Assembly: GCA_963703955.1 (NCBI GenBank)
Contig: CAVPGK010000001.1
Coordinates: forward strand, 29,520 to 93,519
Direction of reading: 5' to 3'
Source of the DNA: Nitrospirota bacterium
Lineage (GTDB): Bacteria; Nitrospirota; Nitrospiria; Nitrospirales; Nitrospiraceae
Length of the DNA: 64,000 nucleotides
In this document: piece after piece, positions 20,170 through 30,534 of the stretch
Position numbering within the stretch: position 1 is the stretch's first letter
Layout: each line of letters opens with the position of its first letter
Notes under the pieces: generated by a model
Seen by the model: only the letters and a program-made list of their open reading frames with translations
Told to the model about the DNA's origin: nothing
Database searches by the model: none
Made by a program: the position numbers and the translations under genes

Positions 20170-21912
20170 ATGCAGAAGCAATTCGTCAAGCGGCTGCTCG
20201 TTCGGGGTCCTAATTGGATAGGCGATGCCGTAATGAGTGAGCCGGGATTGACCGCGGTGCGGGACCTGTTTCCCGCCGCACACATTTCTCTCCTGGTGAA
20301 ACCGGCCATCGCGGAACTCCTGAAAGGCCATCCCGCTTGTGATGATCTCGTGATCTATGAGTCCCGGGGGCGACATGCCGGGCTGGCGGGAAAATGGAAA
20401 TTGGTGAGCGAATTGAGACGCCACCGGTTTGACCTGGCGATTCTGTTTCAGAATGCGTTCGAGGCCGCCTTCCTGACGATGCTCGCGGGAATTCCCCGCC
20501 GCTACGGGTATGCCACTGACGGAAGAGGGTGGTTGCTTACGGATGCCATTGGGGTACCGGATCGAGCCACCGTGGACCACCAGGTCCGCTATTATGTCGA
20601 CCTGTTGCGCCCGCTGGGCTTGACGCAGACGGCAAGATCTCCCCGGTTGTTTCTTTCAGATGACGAGAGGGTCGTCATAGAGCGGCGACTCGCCGAAGCA
20701 GGCGTCGCACCTTCCGAATGGCTCATCGGGCTCAACCCGGGTTCCATATATGGAGGCGCCAAGCGGTGGCTGCCCGAGCGATTCGCCGAGACGGCGGACC
20801 GGCTTGCCCGAACTCACGGCGGACGCGTCGTGATCGTCGGGGCGCGGGGGGAAGAGGCCCTGGGGCGGGCCATTGCGGACGCGATGCAGGTAAGGCCGAT
20901 CGTCCTGTCGGGACAGACTTCCATCCGGGAACTCATGGCGGTGATTCGACGATGTCGCGTGTTCCTCACCAATGATACGGGGCCCATGCATATTGCCGCA
21001 GCCTTCGACGTGCCGGTCGTGGCCGTGTTCGGCCCGACGGATTGGCGCACGACCTCGCCGTTCGGAGGCGGGCATCGTGTCGTACGTCAGCCGGTCGAGT
21101 GCGCGCCATGCTTGTTGCGCGAATGTCCCATCGATCATCGCTGCATGACAGGCGTGTCGGTGGATCTGGTCTATGATGCGGCGGTCCGGCAATTACAAAC
21201 GATTTACTCTGAACGTGGAATGATGAATGCCGAGGCTCCCCGTCAGAGTTCTCATCACGCGCCGCGCGTGTCATTGAAGGGCGTCACGATTTTCTTGGAT
21301 CGAGACGGGACGATCAATCGGGATACCGGTTATGTCCGGACACCGGACCAACTCGAACTGTTTCCCGGCGTCGTAGAGGCGCTCGCTCGAGCGAACCAGG
21401 CCGGCGCGTGCGTGGTGCTGATCACCAACCAATCCGGCATTGCGCGCGGATTCCTGACGCTCGATGCCCTCAAGGCCATTCACTTCAATCTCTGTGCCCA
21501 GCTCGAAGCGGGGGGAGCGCGGCTTGATGCGATCTACTATTGCCCGCACCATCCGGATGAAGAGTGTTCCTGCAGGAAGCCGCGGACCGGCATGGTCAGG
21601 CGGGCGGTGGCCGATCTTGCGATCGATCTCTCAAAGTCGTATGTGGTGGGCGACCAGACCCGTGATGTAGAATTGGCCAGGCAAATCGGCGCGCGCAGCG
21701 TGCGGGTGGCAACCGGACCGACCATGCAGACGACGCAGGTGCATGAAGGCGCGTCGGCGGATTACGTCGCGCCTGGGCTGAGTGAGGCTGTGGATTGGAT
21801 CATTCATGATGTCGAAAGTGCCGTCGGCCGTCAGGGATCAGGCCGCTCCACTCTTCCCTCCCCCTCTAAGGGAGAGAGCTATGAAGGCGGAGAGCTACCT
21901 GCTGAGGTCTAA
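20170..21912 (+). CDS. waaF: Fusion of heptosyltransferase II (GT9) and D,D-heptose 1,7-bisphosphate phosphatase (GmhB)
   Basis: N-half PNWIGDAVM, GGAKRW, TNDTGPMH; C-half FLDRDGT, TNQSGIARG, CPHHP, CRKPRTGM, VGD. Confidence 0.9.
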   Translation: MQKQFVKRLLVRGPNWIGDAVMSEPGLTAVRDLFPAAHISLLVKPAIAELLKGHPACDDLVIYESRGRHAGLAGKWKLVSELRRHRFDLAILFQNAFEAAFLTMLAGIPRRYGYATDGRGWLLTDAIGVPDRATVDHQVRYYVDLLRPLGLTQTARSPRLFLSDDERVVIERRLAEAGVAPSEWLIGLNPGSIYGGAKRWLPERFAETADRLARTHGGRVVIVGARGEEALGRAIADAMQVRPIVLSGQTSIRELMAVIRRCRVFLTNDTGPMHIAAAFDVPVVAVFGPTDWRTTSPFGGGHRVVRQPVECAPCLLRECPIDHRCMTGVSVDLVYDAAVRQLQTIYSERGMMNAEAPRQSSHHAPRVSLKGVTIFLDRDGTINRDTGYVRTPDQLELFPGVVEALARANQAGACVVLITNQSGIARGFLTLDALKAIHFNLCAQLEAGGARLDAIYYCPHHPDEECSCRKPRTGMVRRAVADLAIDLSKSYVVGDQTRDVELARQIGARSVRVATGPTMQTTQVHEGASADYVAPGLSEAVDWIIHDVESAVGRQGSGRSTLPSPSKGESYEGGELPAEV

Positions 21913-21941
21913 GAGGGCGTTATTGAGGCCCGCGCGTTGCC

Positions 21942-22973
21942 ATGTCCGACTACCGTCGAATATTGATCATCAAGCCCAGTTCGCTAGGGGATGTAGTGCA
22001 CGCGCTCCCCACGCTGGCGGCGCTAAGGACCGCATTCCCTCGCGCGCACATTGCCTGGCTCGTGAAACGACAATGGGCGGGGCTGCTTGAACGGGCCGAG
22101 GGATTGGACCGGATCTGGCCGGTTGAGCCCGGCCTGTTGGGGTGGCTGTCTCTCGTTCCACGGCTCAGGGCAGAGAGGTTTGACCTCACGGTGGATCTGC
22201 AAGGCCTCTTTCGCAGTGGAGCGATTGCATGGATGACCGGATGTCCCACCCGCATCGGATTCGCCAACGGACGAGAGGGCAGCCCCTTCTTCTATACTTC
22301 CCGCGTGCCCATAAAGACGGAGGATATGCATGCCGTGGATCGCTACCTGCTCGTGGCTCGCGCTCTCGGGGCGAGCGATGGCTGGTCACCTGAGTTCTGC
22401 ATTCGCCTTCTGTCGAATGACCGTGAGGAGGTCGCCCGATTGCTCGCGCGACACGGGGTTCACGCGGGCGCCTCGTGGGTTGCCGTCAATGTGTCGGCAC
22501 GGTGGCCGACTAAGCGGTGGTCGCTGGAGCGCTTTGCGGCGGTGACCGATCAACTCCAAGAGGAAGGTCTCGGGCCGGTCGTGCTGATCGGCGGGCCGGA
22601 TGAACGCGCGGACGCTCAGGTGGTCGCCTCGGGGATGCGCACGGTACCCGTGAATCTGACCGGAGAAACGACGCCGGGTCTGCTGCCGGCCTTGCTCGCC
22701 TCGGCGTCGGTGTTGCTCACGAACGATTCGGGCCCCATGCATGTCGCGGCAGCCGTCGGGACCCCGGTTGTCGCACTCTTCGGTCCGACGAGCCCGATTC
22801 GAACCGGACCCTACGGTGCAGGCCACCGCGTGCTGGCAAGCGGAATTGCGTGCAGTCCGTGCTTCAGCCGCGTCTGTCGAAATAACGTCCAGCTCGAGTG
22901 CCTAACCAGCATTTCTCCCGACACGGTCCTGAAAGCGGTGCGTGAACGGCTAGCGATGCGGGCGGTCACCTGA
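21942..22973 (+). CDS. waaC: LPS heptosyltransferase I (GT9)
   Basis: IIKPSSLGDVVHALP, DLQGLFRS, WPTKRW and NDSGPMH motifs. Confidence 0.8.
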   Translation: MSDYRRILIIKPSSLGDVVHALPTLAALRTAFPRAHIAWLVKRQWAGLLERAEGLDRIWPVEPGLLGWLSLVPRLRAERFDLTVDLQGLFRSGAIAWMTGCPTRIGFANGREGSPFFYTSRVPIKTEDMHAVDRYLLVARALGASDGWSPEFCIRLLSNDREEVARLLARHGVHAGASWVAVNVSARWPTKRWSLERFAAVTDQLQEEGLGPVVLIGGPDERADAQVVASGMRTVPVNLTGETTPGLLPALLASASVLLTNDSGPMHVAAAVGTPVVALFGPTSPIRTGPYGAGHRVLASGIACSPCFSRVCRNNVQLECLTSISPDTVLKAVRERLAMRAVT

Positions 22974-23273
22974 TTCTCCGTGAAGATTCCGATTGCCGAA
23001 TCCAAGACATCGAAGGGAGAACTGTCCCTTCTCCTCAAAACGGAAGGATTGCGCACGCATGAGCATGAGGTTCGTCTCCTGTCGGAGCCTTAAGGTCCCA
23101 TCTACTATGGCTATCGTACGTGCTTCTGGCGGGCGGATCTGGATAGTCTTGACCGTCCCCCAGCTTCGTGTGCCGTCGGGTCGCGTGATCGAACAGACTT
23201 ACACGAATTCCTTCGGCCCGGATATGGATTTGTCTGAGAAGGCGTGGGATATGACTGCCGCAGGTGCGCAAAG

Positions 23274-24290
23274 ATGAAGATCGCATTGGTCAGGCCGGAC
23301 GGAATCGGGGACGAGATCTTGTGTCTCCCCGTGGCGTCGGCGATCCGCCGGTTGATGCCGGACGCGCGGATTACGTTCGTATCCAGCGCCAACGCGGCGC
23401 CGCTGTTTGATCACCATCCCGATGTGGACGGGGTGCTCACGGTCACCGGCAAGGAACGATTTCGAGAGCTCGTAGCTCTGTTTCACCAGGGGTTCGACGC
23501 AGCTATCTTTTTAAAGCCTTTTCGTCGGCTCATGCTGGCCGCCTGGGTCGCGCGGATTCCGTTAAGGGTGGCGACCGGGTATCGGTGGTACAGCTTTCTG
23601 GCCAACAGACGCGTCTATCAACATCGAAGCGATTTCTCCAGGCATGAGACGGAATATAACCTCGGCCTTTTGTCGGGATTGGGGCTTGACGGCGGCTCAC
23701 CGGTTCGCCCGATCTTGGTCGTGACGAATGAAGAGCGGCGAGAGGCTGAAGCACGCATGAGTGATCTCCCTTCCAAGCGTGTGGTCGTGCACCCGGGCGG
23801 GTTTGCGGCGAGACGCTGGCGGGGCGAGCACTACTGGACGCTCGCGGATCGGCTCGTTCGCGCCGGATATGGTGTGGTGATCACCGGGAGCGCTGCCGAA
23901 CGCGAACGATTCCACAGTGAAGCGACGGGGTCAGGCCTGCTTCCCGGCATCCTCGACTTGATGGGGACATTGACCGTGCGGGAGCTGATGGCAGTGATCG
24001 GGAACAGTCACGCGCTCGTCTCGGGTGCCACAGGTCCCGCCCACATGGCCGCGGCCTTAGGAGTCCCCACCGTCAGTTTGTTCGATCCTCGCCGGAATAA
24101 TCTGCCGACTCGATGGCAGCCGATTGGAAGGGGAATCGTCTTGCGCCCGGATGTTCCGACCTGCGAGAAGTGTATCTACGAAGCCTGCCCATACTGGGAC
24201 TGCCTTGATCGGATCACAGCGGACGACCTCGCGCGGAGGGTTGAGCAGGTGGTGAGTGGGGTGGAACGGATCACGGTGTGTCATGTCTAA
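23274..24290 (+). CDS. Glycosyltransferase family 9
   Basis: RPDGIGDEIL and TGPAHMAAALGVPTVSLF motifs; C-terminal Cys cluster. Confidence 0.88.
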   Translation: MKIALVRPDGIGDEILCLPVASAIRRLMPDARITFVSSANAAPLFDHHPDVDGVLTVTGKERFRELVALFHQGFDAAIFLKPFRRLMLAAWVARIPLRVATGYRWYSFLANRRVYQHRSDFSRHETEYNLGLLSGLGLDGGSPVRPILVVTNEERREAEARMSDLPSKRVVVHPGGFAARRWRGEHYWTLADRLVRAGYGVVITGSAAERERFHSEATGSGLLPGILDLMGTLTVRELMAVIGNSHALVSGATGPAHMAAALGVPTVSLFDPRRNNLPTRWQPIGRGIVLRPDVPTCEKCIYEACPYWDCLDRITADDLARRVEQVVSGVERITVCHV

Positions 24291-25068
24291 ACTTTCCGTT
24301 TATGTGATTGCGTACAACGATGAGCCGAACATCCGCGCCTGTCTGGAGAGTGTGGCCTGGGCCGATGAGATCATCGTCGTGGATTCATGGAGCACCGATG
24401 GCACGGAGAAAATCAGCCGTGAGTACACGGAGAAGGTCTTCCAGCACGAGTTTCATGGGTTCGGGCGGCTGAGGAATGAGGCGGTGGCCCATGCGTCCCA
24501 TGAATGGGTCTTCAGCTTGGACACCGACGAGCGCGCCACGCCGGAGATTCGAGAGGAAATCCATCAAGTCATGGATGCAGACGAGAGTGCGGACGCCTTC
24601 TTGGTGCCGCGCCGGAACTATTTTCTCGGCCGGTGGATCCGCCATTGCGGCTGGTATCCGGACTATCGCCAACCGCAGCTCTTTCGAAAGGGGCGTCTGC
24701 GCTATCGCGAAGAACTGGTTCACGAAGGGTTTGAGGTGGACGGACGGATCGGGTATTTCAAGGAGCACGTCCTGCAGTACCCGTTTCGGGATATCGATCA
24801 CTACCTGACCAAGATGGACCGGTATTCGGACCTGATGGCTCGCCGAATGGTCGAGCAAGGTCGGCGGTTTCGGCCGCACCAGCTCGTGACCCATCCCTGC
24901 TTCACCTTCGCCAAAATGTACGTCGGCAGGGCCGGATGGCGGGACGGTATGCCCGGTCTGATTCTCTCGGGGTTGTATGCGTACTACACGTTCATCAAGT
25001 ATGCAAAGTTCTGGGAACTTGCAGGCAAGGAAAAGGGAAAAAGTAAAAAGCCAGAAGACCTTTTGTGA
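24283..25068 (+). CDS. Glycosyltransferase family 2 (WaaE/KdtX-like)
   Basis: IVVDSWSTDGT, SLDTDE, WYPDY and RDGMPGL motifs. Confidence 0.88.
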   Translation: MSKLSVYVIAYNDEPNIRACLESVAWADEIIVVDSWSTDGTEKISREYTEKVFQHEFHGFGRLRNEAVAHASHEWVFSLDTDERATPEIREEIHQVMDADESADAFLVPRRNYFLGRWIRHCGWYPDYRQPQLFRKGRLRYREELVHEGFEVDGRIGYFKEHVLQYPFRDIDHYLTKMDRYSDLMARRMVEQGRRFRPHQLVTHPCFTFAKMYVGRAGWRDGMPGLILSGLYAYYTFIKYAKFWELAGKEKGKSKKPEDLL

Positions 25069-25071
25069 AAC

Positions 25072-25917
25072 ATGAAGATCAGCGGGTTCACCATCTGTCG
25101 GAACGCCGTCCGGTTCGACTATCCGATCGTCGAGGCCATCCGATCCGCCTTGCCCATCGTCGATGAGTTCATCGTCAACGTGGGGCAGTCGGATGACGGG
25201 ACCTTGGACCTCATTCGCTCGATCGGGTCCGACAAGATTCGCGTCGTCGAGTCGGTCTGGGATGATTCGATGAAAAAAGATGGGCTCTTGTTCTCTCACG
25301 AGACCAATATCGCCCTTGCACGCTGCGCCGGCGATTGGGCTCTCTATCTGCAGGCGGACGAGGTGCTTCACGAGGCGGAACACGATCGTCTCCTCCGGTC
25401 CCTCCGCGACCGTGTGACCGATCCGGAGGTGCTTGGATTCACTTTTCGGTACCTGCATTTCTACGGCGACTACCGATCCTGCAATCCCTGGTTCTATCAT
25501 CGCGCTGTCCGGGTCATTCGAAACGACGGCCGAGTGGAATCCTGCGGCGATGCGGTGGGGTTCTGGCTGAAGGCCGACCGCGGGTTCCTTCAAACGGTCC
25601 ACCAGGGGCGTGTGAAACCGTCCGGCGCAACGATCTATCATTACGGTTGGGTGAAACCTCCTCGGGTGTTGCTGGACAAATTTCGATATCAGGTGGCGCG
25701 TCAACATGGCGATCAGCCGGGAGCCGAGCAGGCGCGCATGTTGGCTCGTGACGAGTATGATTTTGAGGAGTACGACATCATGAAGAATTTCACCGGTACG
25801 CATCCGGCCGTCATGACCGCCCGGGTCCACCAGTATCCGGTGCTGAAGCCGAGCCGCAATCGTTGGTTGGAGCCTGCATTTTATCGCGCCATCTTGAAGA
25901 AGGGATTTAGGGGCTAG
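25072..25917 (+). CDS. Glycosyltransferase family 2
   Basis: GFTICRNA, YLQADE, YLHFYG, YHYGWVK and HPAVM motifs. Confidence 0.85.
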   Translation: MKISGFTICRNAVRFDYPIVEAIRSALPIVDEFIVNVGQSDDGTLDLIRSIGSDKIRVVESVWDDSMKKDGLLFSHETNIALARCAGDWALYLQADEVLHEAEHDRLLRSLRDRVTDPEVLGFTFRYLHFYGDYRSCNPWFYHRAVRVIRNDGRVESCGDAVGFWLKADRGFLQTVHQGRVKPSGATIYHYGWVKPPRVLLDKFRYQVARQHGDQPGAEQARMLARDEYDFEEYDIMKNFTGTHPAVMTARVHQYPVLKPSRNRWLEPAFYRAILKKGFRG

Positions 25918-25987
25918 GAACGTGAATCGCTACACGTGAGCCGTGCAAAGATAAAAGCCCGGCTCACAAAAAAACCAATAACGATCC

Positions 25988-26812
25988 ATGACCATTGCAG
26001 CCATTGTGATCACCAAGAACGAAGAGCGCAACATCGGTGCGTGTCTTCGTTCGCTTCGATGGGTGCATGATCTCATTGTCATCGATGCCTGCAGCACCGA
26101 CCGGACGGTGGAGATCGTTCGAGAATACACGCCGCGCGTATTCATTCGGAGCTGGCCAGGGTTCGGGCCGCAAAAGAACTACGGCCTCGATCAGGCCACC
26201 GCAGATTGGGTGCTCATCGTGGACGCGGACGAGCGGGTGACAGATGCCCTCCGGGCTGAAATCCAGCAGGTCATCGAGGCCGATCGCCCGGCGGACCTCG
26301 TCGGCTATGAAGTACCCAGGCGGAACTTCTTCTACGGGCGCTGGATCGAAGGCGGCGGTATGTATCCCGACTATCAGTTACGGCTGTTCCGGCGGACCGC
26401 GGGTCGATATGATGACGTGTTGCTGCATGAACGGTTACAACTGCGTGGACGGATCGCACGGCTGAAATACGCACTCGATCATCACAGCATGCCGAGCATC
26501 GGCGCACATGTGAAAAAAATGATGCGTTACACGACGCTGGGCGCGCAGGAGAAGATGAAAGTCCGGTCACGTGTGACAACGATGGACCTGGCCGGCAATC
26601 ATCTGGGGACGATTCTAAGGACCTTTTTCATGCGAGGCGGGTATCGGGATGGCATCCACGGCGTTATCGTCGCCTTATTCGCGGGTATGCACACGTTCGT
26701 CAAATACGCCAAGGCATGGGAAATGGTGCGGCAACAGCATCTTCATGGGGATGGGAAAGGGGCGGTCGGCTGGTGCTTGAGACAAGCAGTAGGAAGAGGC
26801 AAGCCACATTGA
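25988..26812 (+). CDS. Glycosyltransferase family 2 (WaaE/KdtX-like)
   Basis: ITKNEERNI, WPGFGPQKN, VDADE and YPDYQLRLF motifs. Confidence 0.88.
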   Translation: MTIAAIVITKNEERNIGACLRSLRWVHDLIVIDACSTDRTVEIVREYTPRVFIRSWPGFGPQKNYGLDQATADWVLIVDADERVTDALRAEIQQVIEADRPADLVGYEVPRRNFFYGRWIEGGGMYPDYQLRLFRRTAGRYDDVLLHERLQLRGRIARLKYALDHHSMPSIGAHVKKMMRYTTLGAQEKMKVRSRVTTMDLAGNHLGTILRTFFMRGGYRDGIHGVIVALFAGMHTFVKYAKAWEMVRQQHLHGDGKGAVGWCLRQAVGRGKPH

Positions 26813-26861
26813 TAACGGCAGCTTTCTATTATTAACAATCGACCGTTAACGGAACGAACAG

Positions 26862-27995
26862 ATGCGGATTGGAATAGATGCAAATCCTATGCTTAGAAAC
26901 CGGGGCGGTGTAGGATGGCATGCGTACCATCTGCTGCACGCCCTTCTGGATTTGAAAGAAAACATCGAATTTGTGTGCTATATCGAGCCCGGAGCGCTTC
27001 GACGTCGGGGGAGCGAGCGGATTGAAGACTGGGAGCTTGATCCGCGCCTAACGTGGACGGAGGTCGGCCGGTTTACCAGGCGGTGGCGGGGGGCCCTGGA
27101 TCGCCTGGATTTATACCATGGCATGAATTTCAGAATGCGGACCGCGGGCCGATACGGCGGTGTCGTGACGATTCATGACCTCTGGCTGGACAGGAATCCT
27201 CAGTACTCGACCAAGCTATTCGGACAACGCGGATCCTTTCACCGGACCAGGCGGACGGCCTGGCGGGCTCGGAAGGTGATCACGGTCTCCGAGCACTCTG
27301 CGAATGATATCGTCTCGCTCTATGGTGTGCCCCGCGAGCGGATCACCGTGATCTACAACGGGGTCTCCGACCAATTCCGGCCGACCATCCAGCCTTACGC
27401 CCTGTCGGAGGTCCGTGCGCGCCTCAGAATATCCACGGACCGGTTCATCTTGTTCGCGGGAGGGGCGGATCCCAGAAAGAATCATCAGACGCTGATCCGA
27501 GCCTTTGCGCGTGTGGGAGAACTGATCTCGTCTTACAGCCTGATCATGGTCGGAGAAGCGATCCATCGTTTCGGCGACATCTATGAGACAGCGCGTACGT
27601 TCGGATTGGAGGACCGAGTGGTGTGCACGGGATTGCTGTCTTTCGAAGACTTGCGGCTGCTGTACTCGCATGCCGATGTTTTTGTGTTTCCTTCCGTGTA
27701 CGAAGGATTCGGGATGCCGGTGCTGGAGGCGATGGCCTGCGGAGCGCCCGTGATCACTTCCAACACCACGGCATTGCCCGAGGTGGCCGGCGATGCCGCC
27801 GTATTGGTAAATCCGGAGAGAGTTGAAGAAATGGCCGACGCAATCGTCCGGGTGTTGGAAGACCAGGGACTTCGTGAATCGTTGCGCGCCAAGGGTTTTC
27901 AGCGCGCCAAACAGTTCACGTGGGAACGGGCTGCGCGCCGGACGTTGGCAGTCTACCGGGAAGTCTGCTCACAGACACCGGAATTATCTAGATGA
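26862..27995 (+). CDS. Glycosyltransferase family 4
   Basis: [29 protein letters not shown] and FTWERAA motifs. Confidence 0.92.
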   Translation: MRIGIDANPMLRNRGGVGWHAYHLLHALLDLKENIEFVCYIEPGALRRRGSERIEDWELDPRLTWTEVGRFTRRWRGALDRLDLYHGMNFRMRTAGRYGGVVTIHDLWLDRNPQYSTKLFGQRGSFHRTRRTAWRARKVITVSEHSANDIVSLYGVPRERITVIYNGVSDQFRPTIQPYALSEVRARLRISTDRFILFAGGADPRKNHQTLIRAFARVGELISSYSLIMVGEAIHRFGDIYETARTFGLEDRVVCTGLLSFEDLRLLYSHADVFVFPSVYEGFGMPVLEAMACGAPVITSNTTALPEVAGDAAVLVNPERVEEMADAIVRVLEDQGLRESLRAKGFQRAKQFTWERAARRTLAVYREVCSQTPELSR

Positions 27996-28042
27996 AGACG
28001 TGGACAGCCGCTCTCGACTGACGAGTCACGTTGTAGTGCCTC

Positions 28043-29077
28043 ATGGACAACATTCTCGTCATTAAACTTCGGTACATCGGTGATGTGCTGCTGGCGACAC
28101 CTGTCCTGAGGGCGCTGAGGAAAGCGTTTCCTCAGGCCCGATTGACCATGGCTGTCAATCGTGGGACCGAAGAGGTTTTGAAGGGAAATCCCGATCTGAC
28201 TGAGGTGCTGGCGGTTGACCGGAGCGGAGTGGGCGCCGATCTTCGATTCCTGCGCGAGATCCGCCGGCAACGATTCGACTGTGTGATTGATCTCACCGAT
28301 GGGGACCGATCGGCGATGATGGCCTGGGCCAGTGGCGCGCCCGTTCGGATCGGATTCAATGCAGAGCATCGGTGGCGCGGGTTGCTCTACACCCTCATCG
28401 TCACGGCATCATCTGTCCATCGCGTCGAGCGGGATCTTGCGGCGGTTCGTGCGCTGGGCATCGAGCCGCAGACGGACCTTCCGGTCTTGAACCTTTCTCC
28501 CCAAGAGGAACACGAGGCGGCCGTATTGCTGGAAGAAATCGGGGCGGAGAGCACGAACGGCGTTGATGGTCGGCGGCTGGTGCTCCTGCATCCGGGTGCC
28601 CGGTATTGGTTCAAGGCGTGGCCCGCTGAGCGATTTGCCGAGCTGGCCGATCGCCTAACCGACGTCTGGCGTTGTCAGATCCTCGTGGGTGGAGCCGACC
28701 AGGACGGTGATATGGTCGACAGGATTCGAATGCATGCTCGATGCGACCTGAAAATCTTGGCCGGGCGGGCCGACTTGCGTCAGTTTGCGGCGATCGTAAA
28801 GCGATGCGCCGTCTTCATCGGGAACGACACCGGCGCCATGCACATCGCGGCGGCGATGGGGACTCCCATCGTTGCGCTGTTCGGGCCTTCCCATCCCGCC
28901 GAGTGGGGGCCACGTGGGCGGGATATTGCAGTGCTGCACAAGGGACTGGACTGCCGGCCATGTTTCCACCCGACGTGCCGGCGGGGCGAGGACAACTGCA
29001 TGAGGCAGATCTCCGTCGAGGAGGTGTTCGCGGCCGCGCGCCGCTTTCTTGTAAGGCAGGCTGAAGTTAGGGTGTAG
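28043..29077 (+). CDS. Glycosyltransferase family 9 (heptosyltransferase III/RfaQ-like)
   Basis: IKLRYIGDVLLATP, HPGARYWFKAW and NDTGAMH motifs. Confidence 0.88.
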   Translation: MDNILVIKLRYIGDVLLATPVLRALRKAFPQARLTMAVNRGTEEVLKGNPDLTEVLAVDRSGVGADLRFLREIRRQRFDCVIDLTDGDRSAMMAWASGAPVRIGFNAEHRWRGLLYTLIVTASSVHRVERDLAAVRALGIEPQTDLPVLNLSPQEEHEAAVLLEEIGAESTNGVDGRRLVLLHPGARYWFKAWPAERFAELADRLTDVWRCQILVGGADQDGDMVDRIRMHARCDLKILAGRADLRQFAAIVKRCAVFIGNDTGAMHIAAAMGTPIVALFGPSHPAEWGPRGRDIAVLHKGLDCRPCFHPTCRRGEDNCMRQISVEEVFAAARRFLVRQAEVRV

Positions 29078-29146
29078 AAGGTGAGCTGACGACGAGATCA
29101 CTTGTCTTGCTCTCACGCTCAACTTCAACCTCGGGCTAAGAGAATT

Positions 29147-30040
29147 ATGACCATTCTCGTGTCAGTCGTGATTCCGGTGTTTAACGGCGCGTCGTTTGTC
29201 GGGAAAGCCGTTGCCAGTGTCCGGAACCAGAGCGTGCGGGACGTGGAGATTATCGCGGTGGACGACGGATCGACGGACGGCACGCAGGCCGTCTTGTCGG
29301 ACCTCCAACAGACAGAAGGGATTCTTTGGTTTCAGCAGGATCATGGCGGTCCGGCTCGCTCGCGAAACCGAGGGATCGAGGCGGCGCGCGGGGAGTACGT
29401 CGCGCTTTTGGACTGCGATGATGTCTGGCTGCCCGGCAAGCTGGATGCGCAGCTCTCGATGATGCGTGATCGACAGGATGTGGGAGTGGTCCACACGGAT
29501 TATGAAGTGGTCGATGAGCGCGGCGAGGTCCTGGAGCGTGTTCGGGCTGGCCGGAGCTCCGAGCCCCTCGTCCAGGCTTTTGTTGGCGGGCACGCGGCGT
29601 TGCCGTCGACCTTGCTGATGCGGAGCAACCTGTTACAGAAAGTGGGGGCATTGAACGCCGATCTGTACGGCTCCGAGGATTCCGACCTGACCATTCGCCT
29701 CTACGCGGCCACCCGGTTTGAATGCATCGACCGTGTACTGGTCCAAAAGCTCCAGCGTGGTCATGGATACCGGGATATGGCGTTCGACGAGATCACCCAC
29801 CGGCAAAAAGTGCTGTCCAGCCGAGAACGCTTTCTGAACGGTTTGGAGGTCATGCAGCCGTTGCGTGCGGACCGGCGCGCGGCGTTGGACCGTGAGTGGG
29901 CGAATTTTTTTCTGTCGCGGGGAAGCTTTGCGGAGCGCGCGGGGCATGGCGCCGAAGCGCGTCATTTCTATCGGCAGGCGATCCGGAAGGATCCCTTCCG
30001 ATTGCGTGGATACACTCGTTGGCTGCGGGCACTGATCTGA
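29147..30040 (+). CDS. Glycosyltransferase family 2 with helical C-terminal extension
   Basis: VSVVIPVFN, VDDGSTD and LDCDD motifs. Confidence 0.88.
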   Translation: MTILVSVVIPVFNGASFVGKAVASVRNQSVRDVEIIAVDDGSTDGTQAVLSDLQQTEGILWFQQDHGGPARSRNRGIEAARGEYVALLDCDDVWLPGKLDAQLSMMRDRQDVGVVHTDYEVVDERGEVLERVRAGRSSEPLVQAFVGGHAALPSTLLMRSNLLQKVGALNADLYGSEDSDLTIRLYAATRFECIDRVLVQKLQRGHGYRDMAFDEITHRQKVLSSRERFLNGLEVMQPLRADRRAALDREWANFFLSRGSFAERAGHGAEARHFYRQAIRKDPFRLRGYTRWLRALI

Positions 30041-30534
30041 TGGGCGCAATCATTCTCGATATCGGGTGCGGCGCGCAAAAACAGCGCGGCGCCATCGGCC
30101 TAGACCGACGGCGAATGAAGGGTGTCGATGTGGTCTGTGATATCGAACAGGGGTTGCCGTTTCGTAAGGCCAGCATCTCCGCGGCCTACCTGGTTCATAC
30201 CATTGAGCATATCCGGAATCTCAATGCGTTCATGGAAGACTTGTACCGCGTCTGTTCACCGGGGGCAAAGGTCTATGTTAAGACTCCGTACTACACTTCA
30301 CGCGAAGCCTTTGTCGATCCAACGCATGTGCGATTCATGACCGAAGATACATTCAAGTATTTCGCCTTCCCGAACTTCTACGAGTTGCGGTGTAATTTCC
30401 GGACGGTGTCCATCGACTATACGATGCGCAAGCCCTTCAATAGGCTTCCGGCGCACTTTCAGAAACGCGCTCGGCGGTATCTCTGGAACGTGTGCATCGA
30501 AATGGACGTGATCCTCGAAGCGGTCCGGTTATGA
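30040..30534 (+). CDS. Class I SAM-dependent methyltransferase
   Basis: ILDIGCG, IEHI and DPTH motifs; ATG overlaps the upstream TGA. Confidence 0.8.
   Translation: MGAIILDIGCGAQKQRGAIGLDRRRMKGVDVVCDIEQGLPFRKASISAAYLVHTIEHIRNLNAFMEDLYRVCSPGAKVYVKTPYYTSREAFVDPTHVRFMTEDTFKYFAFPNFYELRCNFRTVSIDYTMRKPFNRLPAHFQKRARRYLWNVCIEMDVILEAVRL

Noticed and set aside
21851..21878. REP-like ccctcccc..gggagag palindrome at the end of waaF-gmhB
   Set aside because: Single degenerate copy within coding sequence.
24385..25830. 481 aa antisense ORF
   Set aside because: Shadow of two GT2 genes.
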